DNA of 48,921 bases from Euglena gracilis (Eukaryota). This document shows, piece after piece, positions 1-11,725 of this stretch. Position numbers and translations under genes: made by a program. Where the stretch lies: positions 29,769,411-29,818,331 of the forward strand of contig CP154954.1 in NCBI GenBank assembly GCA_039621445.1, written 5' to 3'. The notes beneath the pieces were generated by a model. That model did not search any database, was not told where the DNA came from, and saw only the letters and a list, made by a program, of their open reading frames with translations. The number at the start of each line of letters is the position of its first letter. Within the stretch, counting starts at the first letter, position 1.

Positions 1-78
1 ACAAACAAACACAAACTAGGTGTTCACAGCTTAATTCGGAACCTGAAGACAGGGTTTTTCCACAGGGTAACCCAGAAC

Positions 79-179
79 CTGCTTCAAAAATAGACATTGG
101 GATGGACATGATGAACATCTGTACACCTGTGGAGAAGGTGTCCAGGTCATCCAGCAGACCTCATTCATGAGCCACAAAC
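79..179 (-). CDS. Possible isolated exon of an unidentified minus-strand gene
   Basis: On the minus strand, a pyrimidine tract plus CAG (cctcgttctcttcacag|g) precedes an open stretch LWLMNEVCWMTWTPSPQVYRCSSCPSQCLFLKQ ending at cag|gttctg. No recognisable domain. Confidence 0.2.
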
Positions 180-1208
180 CTGTGAAGAGAACGAGGTGAA
201 AAACCGTTTGCAGAATGTCACAGACCTTTGGACGGTGGTGACAGCCAGACATGTTGACTCTGTGTGGCTGTTCTTGTACATTAGTAATATCTTGAGACAC
301 TAAACATAATGAAATCCTTGAGTTTCACACAGCCAACTCACTTGAAGTGTTCGTGTAAGGTGGGGAATAGAACAACACACATCAATTGGTGCGCTGAGTC
401 ATACCAGAAAGGAGGTGGCCTACTTTTTTTTTTTGATGCTCAACATACAACAGTGGCGGCCTGGGAGGATCACTCCGAGCCGAAGTGCTGTAGGGTGAGA
501 GTAATGTACATCGCGGCGAGAGGGGAGTCTTGGTGTGCGTACGGGGTAAGGGATGCGCCCCATGGGGAGCGTGTGAAGCGTGAGATGCATAGGGTACGGA
601 GTGAGCAAGAGAACAAGGAGTACAGCGGAAAGGAATGTTCAATGGTGCGGCTGCAGGGACAGAAGAGAGTTGTGGAAGTGGTGGCGAGTTTAGGGATAAG
701 AGAGTTGGTCCGGGGGAAGGCTTTGCTTTTGGTGAGGTAAGGACTTTGGTGTCTTTGTGGGCTTGGTCTGTTCGTTGCGGGGTGTGATTTGCTTCTGTTG
801 TTTGGTTTATTTGGTCATGTTGTTGGCTATGTGTATGGTTGGTGAGTTGTGGTGTCTTCTGCCCTCTGTCGTTTCTTTGTTGGCGTCATTGCTTGCCAGG
901 CCATGGGCAATGCATTGCCCATCCGATCAGTCGCTTGTTCCTTCGGAGCTCCACCCTCCCAGAGGGCTGGTTGCACTCCTGGGCTGGAACCTTTCCGTGA
1001 CACTCGGTTCAGGGCCGGGCTATTCAAGGCCCGAAGGCACCCAGAGTAGTCAGGTCGGGCTAGTCAAGGCCCCATGGGCACCCGAACGCGTGGTGTGAGG
1101 TTTGCTCGGCCCCCAGGGCGCCCCACACCACACGACGCTCCTGACTGCTGCTCCTGCCGACCCCTCACCGTGGTGGTGTGGAGATGGGCTCGTCGAGGCC
1201 GAGGATTG

Positions 1209-1583
1209 CCATGCCCCCCCCTTTGCTGTTCCCCCCCCCTGCTGTTCCCATTGGGGTGACGGGAACAGTACAGTGTCATAGCACTTTTTGTAAAGGATTC
1301 TTGGAACACAAGGTTAAAAAGGGATTTTTTTGGTCGGTTTTGGGTGCTTTCCATCCCACCAAATCCAACCTAATGCCAAAATGGATGTTGTGAAACCAAA
1401 AAAGCTTCATTTTGGCATTTTAGGTCGCCTTTTGGGTCTAACTTGGTTGGTTGGTTCATGGCCCATGGGAACAGTAAGAGGGGGGGGAGCTTGTCCCCCC
1501 CCCCTTACTGTCCCCCCCCCCTTACTGTTCCCATGGACCCAAAAGGCGTCCACGTGACGGGAACAGTAAGGGGGGGGACATGG
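1209..1583. mobile_element. Non-autonomous TIR element flanked by TA (Tc1/mariner-pogo-type MITE); second copy 14984-15362
   Basis: Inverted termini ccatgccccccc...ggggggacatgg with internal inverted ctgttccc/gggaacag motifs. Copy 2 has TA on both sides (14982-14983, 15363-15364). Confidence 0.7.
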
Positions 1584-1942
1584 TACACCCGCGCGGTGCT
1601 GGCATCCATCCTCCTCCTGCCATGTCACCCTCGGGATTCGGAGCTCACCACTTTTCATGGATCGCCTTTGTCCCGAGGCCATGCTCGCCCCAAGGCGCTC
1701 CGACTGCTTCCACAGGGGCTTACATGGGCCTGACTGTACATTGAGCCACCATGCGCAGGTGCCTCCACGGCGACCGCCCTGTGTTTAGGTGACCGGCCGG
1801 TGACCCAGTCGATAGCGATCCCCGACACCGGTGCGCCACACTCCGGTGCTACCCAAAAGGGGCCAGAGCCCCCGCTGGGCCACCCAGGTTTCCCCGGGGA
1901 GGAACCGACGGTCTGATCCACAGCCCCCCGCCGGGGGCTCCC

Positions 1943-3786
1943 GGATCTGGCCTCGGGGGGGGGGTTGTGGGCCGACCCTAGGGTCGGCCCACGGTCGCCA
2001 AAGGGGGGTTGGTACACCCCTCCCCCCCCCCCCTCCCTGAGGGGCTCGGCACGCCCTTTCCCCCCCCTCCCCCCCCCCCCCCTAGCCGCTAGCCGGACCC
2101 CCTCGCCACGCCACCCAACACATTTTTCATTGTGCAACCATGGTGCACCCTCCCCCCCCACATCCGAGACCCCCTCGCCACACCATTTTCCGGCCATTTC
2201 CCCCCCTCCCCCCCCCCCTATTCGGACCCCCTCGCCACGGCGTACCAACCCCCCAAAGGTCGCCAAAGGTCGCTATGGTCGACCCCCCCCAGGCTGTGGA
2301 GTGGGTGGCGACCCTAGAAATCCTTGTGGGCCGACCTTAGGGTCGACTTAGGGTCGGCCCACCCCACGACCTCCCCCCCCTGCCACCGCAGGGTCAGTCG
2401 ACTTAGGGTCGGCCCACCCAAGGTTGACGGCTTGTTTTTTTTGAAACAAAAAAAACATGTTTTTTTAAAAAAATATGTTTTTTTTAAAAAAAAACGTCAT
2501 GGAGGGTTTGGGGGAAAATTTTTTGCAATGTTTTTTTTTGAAAAAAACTTGGCCGGTGATACCTAATTTGACAAAGTATTCAGGTAGATTCCTAATTTTC
2601 AGGCAAAAATTTTGCAAAATTTAGACTGGTGATGCCTAATTTGGTGTCAAAATACTAATTTTAGGTTGGGGGATTCCTAATTTGGAGCCAAAAAGGATTT
2701 CCCCCCCAAAATTCGTTTTCGGTGATTCCTAATTTGCCCACCGAAAATGTGGTGTTCCCCCGTGACCCCCCCCCGTGCCCCCCCCCCCCCCCGTGACCCG
2801 AACCACACCCGAAAAATTTTCCTCAAAAAATGGCGATTTCGCAAGGAAAAAGGTCAATTTTTGCTTTTCAAAAAAAAACATGTTTTTTTTGCGTTTTTTT
2901 AAAAAACATGTTTTTTTTGTTTTTTTTAAAAAAACAAAAAAACGTCAACCCTGGGCCCACCCCACGACCTCCCCCCCCTCCAAAGAAAAAAAAGAAAATT
3001 TTGGGAACATTGACTTGGGACGCTAGGAATTTGGCAGGTCTGAATTGCTGCCTGCCCAACCGTTTTGGATGGCAAACCCCTTTTGTTGCCCAACTGTTCG
3101 AGGGCCCCTAAATAACAAAATCCCTTGTGTTACCCACCCGTTTTGGGGGGCAAATCCCTTGTGTAACCCAACTGATTTGGGGGGCAAATCCCTTTTGTTG
3201 CCCAACTATTTGAGGGCCCCAAAATAACAAAATCCCTTGTGTTAGCCATCCGTTTTGGGGGGCAAATCCCTTTTGTTGCCCAACTGTTCGAGGGCCCCTA
3301 AATAGCAAAATCCCTTGTGTTACCCACCCGTTTTGGGGGGCAAATACCTTGTGTAACCCAACTGATTTGGGGGGCAAATCCCTTTTGTTGCCCAACTGTT
3401 CGAGGGCCCCAAAATAACAAAATCCCTTGTGTTACCCACCCAGGGCCCCGAAAGAACAAATTCCCTTCTATGTTGGCAACATACTTGGGGGCTAAGTTGT
3501 TTTTGTGGTTCACTTTGGCGACGTTTGGCGACCGTGGGCCGACCCTAGGGTTGGCCCACTACCCCCCCCCCCCCCAGGCCAGATCCTGGAATGGGGGGGG
3601 GGGGAGGTCGGGGGGTGGGCCCACCCTAAGTCGACCCTAGGGTCGGCCCACAACCCTAAGGCGGCCCTACGTTCGGCCCAACATGGGGGGTTCCCAGACG
3701 GCCCCTTGGGCGACTTTTGCAGACCTTTGGCGACTGTGGGCCGCCCCTAGGGTCGGCCCACACCCCCCCCCCCCAGGCCAGATCTA
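1943..3786. mobile_element. Composite foldback/TIR element with repeated palindrome GTGGGCCGACCCTAGGGTCGGCCCAC; second copy ~15713-17611
   Basis: Left ggatctggcctcggggg...gtgggccgaccctaggg is the reverse complement of right ccctagggtcggcccca...cccaggccagatct. Perfect 26-bp palindrome at 1967-1992 with variants near 2326-2360 and 3535-3760. Exact ends uncertain. Confidence 0.65.
3053..3445. repeat. Minisatellite of ~39-bp subunits forming ~79/118-bp units; second copy ~16800-17270 has one extra unit
   Basis: Repeated aaataacaaaatcccttgtgttacccacccgttttggggggcaaatcccttttgttgcccaactgttcgagggcccc. Confidence 0.9.
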
Positions 3787-4239
3787 CCCCCCCCCCCGCC
3801 GGGTGCATACGAACTTTGACCGTTTTCACCGGCCTTGCCTGTTCACCTTGGGTGCAGCCCCAGTGATCTGGTGCCCAAGGCTAGGCGAGGGCCGTCGCCC
3901 CCATACCACCACCAGGCCACGTACCCCCAGGGTGTAGCGAACGCTGCTGCAAGTGCGCCGCACCCCGAAGGCCGCCCGACCTGATGGCCGACTAGCGAGT
4001 CCCACGGCACCAGGTTGATTCCTGTTTGCTATCGGGTGCTGCCGTTCCGAAGGCCTCCCATCTTCCGCGCAGCACCCTGAGGACCCTTGCGGGCCCGCCG
4101 CTCGCTGTTACGCCCTTGGTATTGGGCTGCCCAAGCCCTACTCTACGGCTGGGCTACCTACGGTGAAATCGTGATAGATGTTTGAACTTTCATCAGCAGG
4201 CATCCTGAGGAAACAGAGATCACAACATGGATAAAGAAT

Positions 4240-4510
4240 GTTTAAGCACCTTGGCAGACACTGTGATTTTTTTACGCGCCAGATAATCTGTACCAACACC
4301 ACAGACCCTGCCCGGTTGGTAACGGGACAGGCAGTCACTTGCCTCTTGTCACTTTCATCTGTGACATAACGGAGACAGTTTCATGATATTAAAAAAACTG
4401 GCATACTGATGATGTACGTGGCATGAGGTTGCCCTTCCTCCAAGGTGCCACGTGCCTTTACAGCCCTGCCAATGCTCACAGAGGAGGTGGACAGATTAAA
4501 AAGCATTCCG
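4240..4510 (-). pseudogene. Decayed pogo/Tigger-like (DDE_1) transposase fragment; second copy ~18070-18335
   Basis: Minus-strand translation ...SDKRQVTACPVTNRAGSVVLVQIIWRVKKSQCLP (copy 2 reads QIIWRGK then frameshifts) resembles the KRQxT...G...QxIxxGKTxxCxP segment of pogo-family transposases. Disrupted by a stop/frameshift; a small TIR insert lies at ~4540-4613. Recognised by eye only. Confidence 0.5.
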
Positions 4511-5136
4511 CCATTGCATTTTGGTGCATTCCTCTTGGGACTGCCCCCCCCCATTGTGTACCTCCCCCCAGGGGTACATAATGGGGGGGGGTACATAATG
4601 GGGGGGGGATGGTACCTTGGTCTGGACCCATTGAAGAGGAGTTCCAACTCGGTGCCGATGAAACACCCCTTCAGTATGTGCCAGCCCCACCAGTGCTTAA
4701 TCTTGCTGCCCCTTGCAAAAAGAATTCTTTATTGAGTCATTTTCCTTTGGTTTTGACATAGAGGTGACATGGAGGGATAGAGGAGCTTTGGACACTTTTG
4801 TACTGCTGGATGTAGGTTGTTGCCACCCGACGTTGCACGGCCACAGGTCAGAAGCTCATATTACTTGCCGTGGCACGTCCGCAGTCCGCAAGCAGGGAAC
4901 TACGCGCAAGATCCGGCCAATCAACGTCTACGTCCTCGCGAGCAGTTGCGTGCACCGGTCGATCCCCGCGTTATGCCCTCTGCCGGTACGGGATCGACCA
5001 GGACTCACATTGCAGGACCTGGGTCTCGAATAAGCTACTCGAGCGATACTCAGCTTGGTACTACGCGCCAGCTACCTACCGCTGTAGGCTCGTCCGCGGC
5101 ACACACTCCCCTCCCAAGAGCCTTACCACAGGAGCC

Positions 5137-6288
5137 CAGGTACATGGGGGGGGGTCCTCGACCCCCCATGTTCACTTCCGAACTGAACTGGACATGTTGA
5201 CTTCACAGAGGGGGGGGAGAGGGGGTCCGTCGCTGAAGGCGCCGATTTTTTTATTTAAACCGGCGTTTGAGACGCCGGGTTCAGCACAGAACCGGCGTCC
5301 CCCCCACGGGTTTTCCGGACGCCGGTTCTGTCCTAAAACCCGGCGTCCGGTTTTCATTCCTAAAAATGTCACCAAAACTGCCCAAAAGTGGCCCTAAGGC
5401 CCTAGTATGACTGTTTCAACCATCTAGGACAATGAATTTTGGCATTTGGGGACCACTAAGGTGGATATCCAAATTTGGTGAAAATTGCCCCAGATTTGGA
5501 AATAGAGTACTGTGCAGCGTGGAAAGATCTGATGGGCACTGCTGGTCGTCTGTTGAAAAGAGCTTTCGATCGAGGTGGTACCCTAACGTTGCACGCAGCC
5601 CGAGATACGCTCGCGATCGTTGGATCGTCCAGAATCTTCGTCGAAATTTGTGGTGATTTTTGATCCAGTTTCGATCAAGAGGCAGTCTGAACCATACAGA
5701 AACGATTTGTGTCTTCAAATTGATGATCTGAGGGATCCAGGGGGTACCAGGATTGTGAAATTAGGATTTCCCAGCGACAGGAAATAAGAGCTCCAGGCGG
5801 CGTGGCTAAATTTGGTGGTCATCACTAGTCGTCTGATGAAAAGAGCTTTCGATCGAGGGGTGAGTTTGTACCTGATGACTGACACAGCCAGAGATAGCTC
5901 GCGATCGTCGGAAAATGGTGAAATCCAAAGTAGCGTAACATTGCAGATTAGTGGTCGGAGATTGGTCCTGGGAGTGTCCTTTGACCGAAGGTTGGGGACG
6001 CGGTGTCAAAGGGGGGTAGGACGCCTGTTCAGGACCGGGTTCGGGACGCGTCACGTCCGGGACGCCGGGTTCAGGACAGAACCGGTGTCCGACCCCTCTT
6101 TTCTGATATAGAAAAAAAGAGCCCTTTTCGGTGTTCACCCGTCGTTCCGGTTTTCGGTTTTTTTCCTGAAGTGAACAGGTACATCCAGGTACACGGGGGG
6201 GGGTCTCGGGACCCCCTGTTCACTTCCGAAGTGAACTGAACAAGGGGGGGGGGAGGGGGGTCCCGGGGTCCCGAAGTGGACTACCTAG
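5137..6288. mobile_element. Probable non-autonomous repeat element with internal direct repeats; second copy ~18966-20123
   Basis: Similar blocks caggtaca(t/c)gggggggg...tgttcacttccgaa at 5137 and 6186; repeated gtcgtctg(t/a)tgaaaagagctttcgatcgag at ~5545 and ~5828; inverted ccggcgtc/gacgccgg motifs. Confidence 0.5.
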
Positions 6289-6437
6289 CCTCCACACCAG
6301 CCCGCTGCGTCACCGAGGCCGTGGGCCCTGCTCGGGGTGTGCCTCGCACGGCCGTAGTTTGCTAGTGCCTCTCACGAGGACCCTCACCCCCGCCTATTTG
6401 GCTAATGGCCGGGCTCCTTCAGACCCCCAATCAGCCA

Positions 6438-8013
6438 ATTAGGGGGGGGGGACAATTAGGGGGGGGGGGGCTCGAGGACCCCTACCCCCAATTTTTTTTC
6501 CCCTGTGCAAAATTTATCGATTTTTTGAGCATAGTTGGATTGGTCATGACTTTTTCTTATCCGGCGAATTTTAAAATTTTGGAAACGGACATTTTTGGAG
6601 GTTTTCTGAGCCCTTTTTGCGGCCTTGCCAAAATTGGCCGGTCTTGTCCCGGAGGCCAGTTAGCCAATTAGGGGGGGGGGGAAATAGGGGGGGGGTGAGG
6701 CCTGTGGCATCATTGCAAATCATGACGGAATCTGTGGCAGAAATCAATTTTGAGGCTGAAACTTTCTCGCCTTCAGATTTTTTAGAAACAACAGAATCTG
6801 ATTCTGACTCAGAGAGGAGGTCAATTACATGCATAAGGCCCATCACAGTGGCAGGGCCAGAAAATTTACAGCTGGTTCCACTGCACAGCATTGATGATGA
6901 ACCAGACCCCTCAGTTTACAAAAGTGAAACAGAGGGAGAAAAAAATGCTGAAAACGCAATAATTAAGGAAATAGTCATGCGAAGAATGAAAGCTGCTAGC
7001 ATATGGCCAGTAAATTTTTCAGGGTTTCAGCAAATTTATGTGTCGTCAGACAGCAGCCCAGGGCCAGAACAAAAAGTTTTGCGTTAACAGCCCAGCCAGA
7101 ACCATTGTTGTTAACGCAGGGTTCTTACACCTAACGCTCACAGTTTTTGGGATGTTTTGCCATAATTTTTGACATTTTTGCCAAAATTTTTGGAACTTTT
7201 TGCAAAATATTTGTGTACGTTTTGCCATAATTTTGGACAGTTTTGCCAAATTTTTGGAATTTTTTTGCAAATGAAAAGAGTACTCTTTTCAGAGATTTGG
7301 GACTCCGCCGTCTGACAGTTTTGGGACTTTTTTTGCAAGTTTTTGGGACTTGCCATTTTTTTGTTCCCCTTTGCCCCTAGTGTGTGTTTTTGGAATGCCT
7401 GTCCATCCAAACCCCGGCATGGCTGGCAGCTTGTTCAAAACGAAGCCAAAAAATGTTTTTTTTCAAAAAAAAATCCAAAAAGCATTTTTTTCTCCAAACA
7501 AAAAACTCCAGCTTTGCCAGATTGGATGCTGCACATGCAGCCCGTCGACCAAGAAGGTGTTGTCGCCATCTGACCGAGGATGAACTGGAGGACGTCTTCT
7601 GTGGCAAAAAATGCGTCTTAGACGCATACTCCGTCCTGAGTCCTGTGTTTTAAACACAGGACTCAGGACGGAGGGTTTGCTGGCAGGGCTGGCCAGTCGA
7701 AAAAAAATTTGTACCCATTTACCTAAAGTGCCCATTTTGGCACAAAATCAGCCAGAAAACATATTTCCCTCCCTCCCTCACCCCCCAATTGGCCAATTGG
7801 TCTCCAGGACAAGACGGACCAAATTCGGTAAGGTTGCAAAAGGGCTTGGAAAGCCTCCAATAAAGTCCGTTTTGATATTTTTGATATTTTCCGAATAAGA
7901 AACGTTGTGGCAAATCCCACGAATCCCACTGTGCACAAAAAATTGACCAATTTTGCACAGTTAAAAAATTAGGGGGATCCTTGAGCCCCCCTAATTGTCC
8001 CCCCCCCCCCAAT
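6438..8013. mobile_element. TIR element (attagggggggggacaattaggg...ccctaattgtccccccccccaat); second copy ~20274-21847
   Basis: About 35-bp inverted termini plus inverted subterminal blocks (tgtgcaaaat/attttgcaca; ttgtcccgga/tccaggacaa). Appears to interleave with the 7117-8483 element, so the pairing of ends may be wrong. Confidence 0.5.
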
Positions 8014-8483
8014 ATCTCACCCCCCCTCCACCCTTCAGGCGGAAAAAAAAGGCCAGTTCAGGGAAGTGGACATTTTGGGGGGGGGGGTCAAATTTGCTTT
8101 TGGCACCTTTGGCGTCGAAGGCAAATGGCTACTTTCTTTGAGGGGGGCAAAATTGGCAAAACGCTTTGGTCACTTCGGGGCAGGGGGGGACACTGGGGGG
8201 GGGTGAGGCATTTTTACTGGGTATGATCTGATTTACATCAGCTGTGTTGCTCTGAAGAGCCGTGGGGTTGCTGGTTTGTTTAGAGAGTTGTTTGTTGGAT
8301 TTGGAGAGCTTTTGCAAAAAGTCCCAAAAATTTTGACCGCCGAGTCCCAAAGTCTCTGCAACGGAATCCCAAAAATGTGGCAATGGTCCCAGGCGTTTTG
8401 GCAAAAGAGCCCAAAATTATGGCAAAAGTGGTCAACAATTTTGGCGGGACGTCCCAAAATTGTGAGTGTTAGGTGTAATCGCG
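7117..8483. mobile_element. CAGGG-type TIR element with degenerate right end; second copy ~20952-22318
   Basis: ttacacctaacgctcacagtttttgggatgt is inverted at acgtcccaaaattgtgagtgttaggtgtaa; flanks gttaacg/gtcaaca (5 of 7 match). Confidence 0.55.
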
Positions 8484-10273
8484 GTCAACACAGCCAGCTG
8501 CCCAACTGCAGGTTTTTCAGCCAGCCCAGCCGTTTTCGGCTGAGATAGCTGTCCCAGCCCAGATGCCTGGGCAGTTTTTTTCACCCAGCCCAGCAGTTTT
8601 TGGCTGAGTCATCTGTCCCACCAATCATGGGGCCAGCCCAGATGACTTTACAGGGTTTTCAGCCAGCCCAGCAGTTTTCGGCCAAGACATCTGTCCCAGC
8701 AACCATGGGGCTGTTGGGGGTGTGGGCCTCACAACCCCCACAACCCCCTGGTGGCTGGCCCCTGGCGCCTGCAGGCCCTGCCACTGGCTGGGAGCCATCA
8801 ATTCACCCAGGGGGCCTGGCACCCACCTGGGATTTTCCTTGGCACTTTTCATGGTAATCCCACTTCCCAATTCCCAGCGCTGGCACAAATCAAGACACTT
8901 TCCAGAACTGAACCACCAAAGTCAAACTGAACATGCTGCGCGCCACTACAAGCAAAAACACAGACAGAATTTTACGTAAATCCTAATTCTTCTGCTGGAA
9001 TCCTAATTTTCTTCCCAGCGCCCACACTCCCCTCCTTAAAAAGCTGCCCAGGGCAGCCAAACCCGCCTTCGGCAAAAGGGCGCTGGGTATTTTTTTTTGG
9101 CAAACACAATCTCGACTCCATCTTTCTGTCTGTCCGTTTTTTTTTTCTTCGTTGGGGGCGGGGCGGGGTTCGAAGGCTGACCCTTAGGGGGGTCGGTCTC
9201 CTACAGCAGCACGGGGGAGCAGCAGGCACCCGCACCACCTTGGGCTGTTCTGGCAGGCGTTCCCCCCCAGAACAGTCCAAAGATACCCCTTGGGCGTCAT
9301 CTCTGGAATTTTTTTCCTCCCGTTTTTTTTCCCGTCTCTCTTTTTTGCCCGTCCAGAGATGGGGGTCCAGGGGCTGGTGAGGGTCCTGGGAAGGGGGCTC
9401 GCAGGTGCAGGGGGTTACGAGTGGGAGGGTTTCGGCCACAGGCCCGGGAGGAGGACCCAGCCCACACCGCCCCGGCGGGCTTCGGCCACAGCGCCTGAGG
9501 GCTTCGAGTCGTCGACTGCCGGCCACAGCTTGGGAGGGCTTCAGCCACAGCACACGGGAGGGGACCCAGCTCCACCGTCCCGGGAGGGCTTCGGCCACAA
9601 CCCATGAGGGCTTCGAATGGGCGGCTTCCAGCCACAGCTGGTGAGGGCTTCGGCCCAGGCTTGCAAGGGGGTACATCAGGGCTGCATAGAGGTAGAGGTA
9701 GAGTTCAAAGGTCTCCACCTCTATGTCAACCACCTCTACCTCTACCTCCACCTCTATGTCACCTCTATGTCTATAAAATGTACCAACAGTGCCAACAAAA
9801 AGAGTCATAAAACACCCCATATGCTCGGAAAATGGCAATTTTGCATGAAAACCCATGCAAAACGGCGAGGGGATGACAGGACAAGAGCACTTTTTTTGGC
9901 CAAAAATGGTCAAAATTAACCGAAAATGGCATTTTTGGATTAGTTTTCAGAAATTTTGATGGAAATACATGAGCCATCAACCTCAAAATGACTATTTTGA
10001 GAGGAGAAACAGCAAAATTTCTTCCATCAAAATTTCACCCCTAACCGCTTTGATGATGATGATCAAAGTGGTGAAGTTCACTGGTGAACTTCACCGGTGA
10101 AAAATAGCCAAGGGTGCCCCCCCCTCCCCCCTCCGGTGAATATTCGGTGAACTTCACTGGGGGTCCGAGACCCCCAAGAGCATAATCACCCACCAACCCA
10201 CCCCCTGGGGGGGACAGGGGTGGGGGCAGCTCGGGGGGACCCTCTTTTGGGGGGTCAATTTTGGGGTCAAAAA

Positions 10274-10325
10274 ATTGAATTGAATTGAATTGAATTGAAT
10301 TGAATTGAATTGAATTGAATTGAAT
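10274..10325. repeat. (TGAAT)n pentanucleotide microsatellite; copy 2 at 24104-24155 partly converted to (TTAAA)n
   Basis: Directly visible. Confidence 0.95.
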
Positions 10326-11725
10326 AGAAAAAAAACCTGCCTCTGGCGGGGTCAGGGGATTTCTTAAGGACCCCCTGCGGGGGGGGGGGGGGGTCCAGCC
10401 TCCGGCTGGAGAAAAGGCTGGTGGCTGGAAACGAACTGCTGCTGGCCCCCCCCCCCCGGGTCAGACTTGGGGCACCAAATGAAGGTCAGCATGAGGTTCT
10501 ACCAGGCATTTGCTTACGGGATTTGCGTACCCCCCCCGGGGGGGGGGGTGGACCGCAGCTAGTCCAAATTTGGCTGGGGGGTTTTCTACCCGACCCCCCC
10601 CCCCCCGGGGGGGGTCTGCTAGCAGGGCTAGCTAGTGGGAAAACTGTTTCCAGTGACCGGCGCGAAGCGCCGAAAATTTTTTTTGGGACCCCCAAAAATG
10701 GCCAAAAATGCCCGTTTTTGGCCATTTTTGGAAATTTTTGGAACAAAATCAGCCAAAAACCTATTAAAAACCTCATTTTTCCTCCGGCGCGCAGCGCCGG
10801 AGGAAAATTTTTTTTCCAGTCCGGGGGACCCCCGGACCCCCCCCCCCCCGGGGGGGGGAGGGGGGTCTAGCTTGTCCCCTTTTTCCCGTGTCCAGCCGAT
10901 TGGCTAGCCAGTACCCCCCCCCCCCCCCCCCAGCAAATGACTGGGTTCTACACATGGCCACACACTGCTGCACACATGCCGACGTTGCTACCACCACCAC
11001 CGGCAGCAGCAATGATGCTATGGAGTGAATATATTTCTCATCAACATTATTCATTTCATTCCCGAGGAAATAAATAAAGCTCTGCCTGCCACTTCTTCAC
11101 TTTAAAACAAACCGTGGAGGGTGAATGCCTGGAAACAATCTGCAAGACGGTTGGGATGCCACAGGACATTGGCTTGACGGTGTGTACATAGGTATATACA
11201 GGCGATGGTGTCGCGGCCGGCATGCCGGCAGCCCGTTTAGACAGTGGGGGGAGGCAAGCCATAGCCACGTCCACTGTTGAGCTTGTAGGCATCGGGATGA
11301 AAAAGTCAACCATATGCCACCAAATAAGGCTTTAGAAGTGTCACACCCGGTGAAATTTCAAACGGTGAATTTCACCATAGGGGGGAGGGGAGGGTCCAAA
11401 ATGACCAAAGTCTACTGCCTGATCTCCCTTGGTCTCTATGTTGAGAAGACCTTCTCCAGCCTTGGGCGGTGATGGCAAGGGACTGGACAGAAAAAGTTTT
11501 AAAAATTAATCATGAAATTTCAAGTTTTGCGTATTGGTTCAGAGCATGCCTTTCAATAATGTTTTGGGGACAAACCAATCAGAGGTTTTGTACCCGGGGT
11601 TGGGGGGGGGGGCGAAGGCTGACCGCCCTTCCCCCTCAAAAGCAATGGTTTCAAATTAGGCAGGCCTTCCTGTGCACCACTGCCTTTTTCTTGTTCTCCC
11701 GCGTCCTCTTTTCAGGTTCACAACC

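Noticed and set aside
945-1100. Hammerhead or HDV-like ribozyme
   Set aside because: I could not find the CUGANGA/GAAA core or an HDV-type pairing pattern by eye; a covariance-model search would be needed.
3053-3445. Regularly spaced repeats resembling a CRISPR array
   Set aside because: The intervening segments are themselves repeated, there are no unique spacers or cas genes, and the context is eukaryotic; it is a minisatellite.
6617-7087. Acidic 156-aa ORF as a host gene
   Set aside because: Inside a TIR element, frameshifted in copy 2, no recognisable domain.
8972-9913. Long minus-strand ORFs (313 aa here, 336 aa at 22807-23817)
   Set aside because: Built from repeats (gggcttcggccaca, cctcta); the copies differ by frameshifts and no domain is recognisable.
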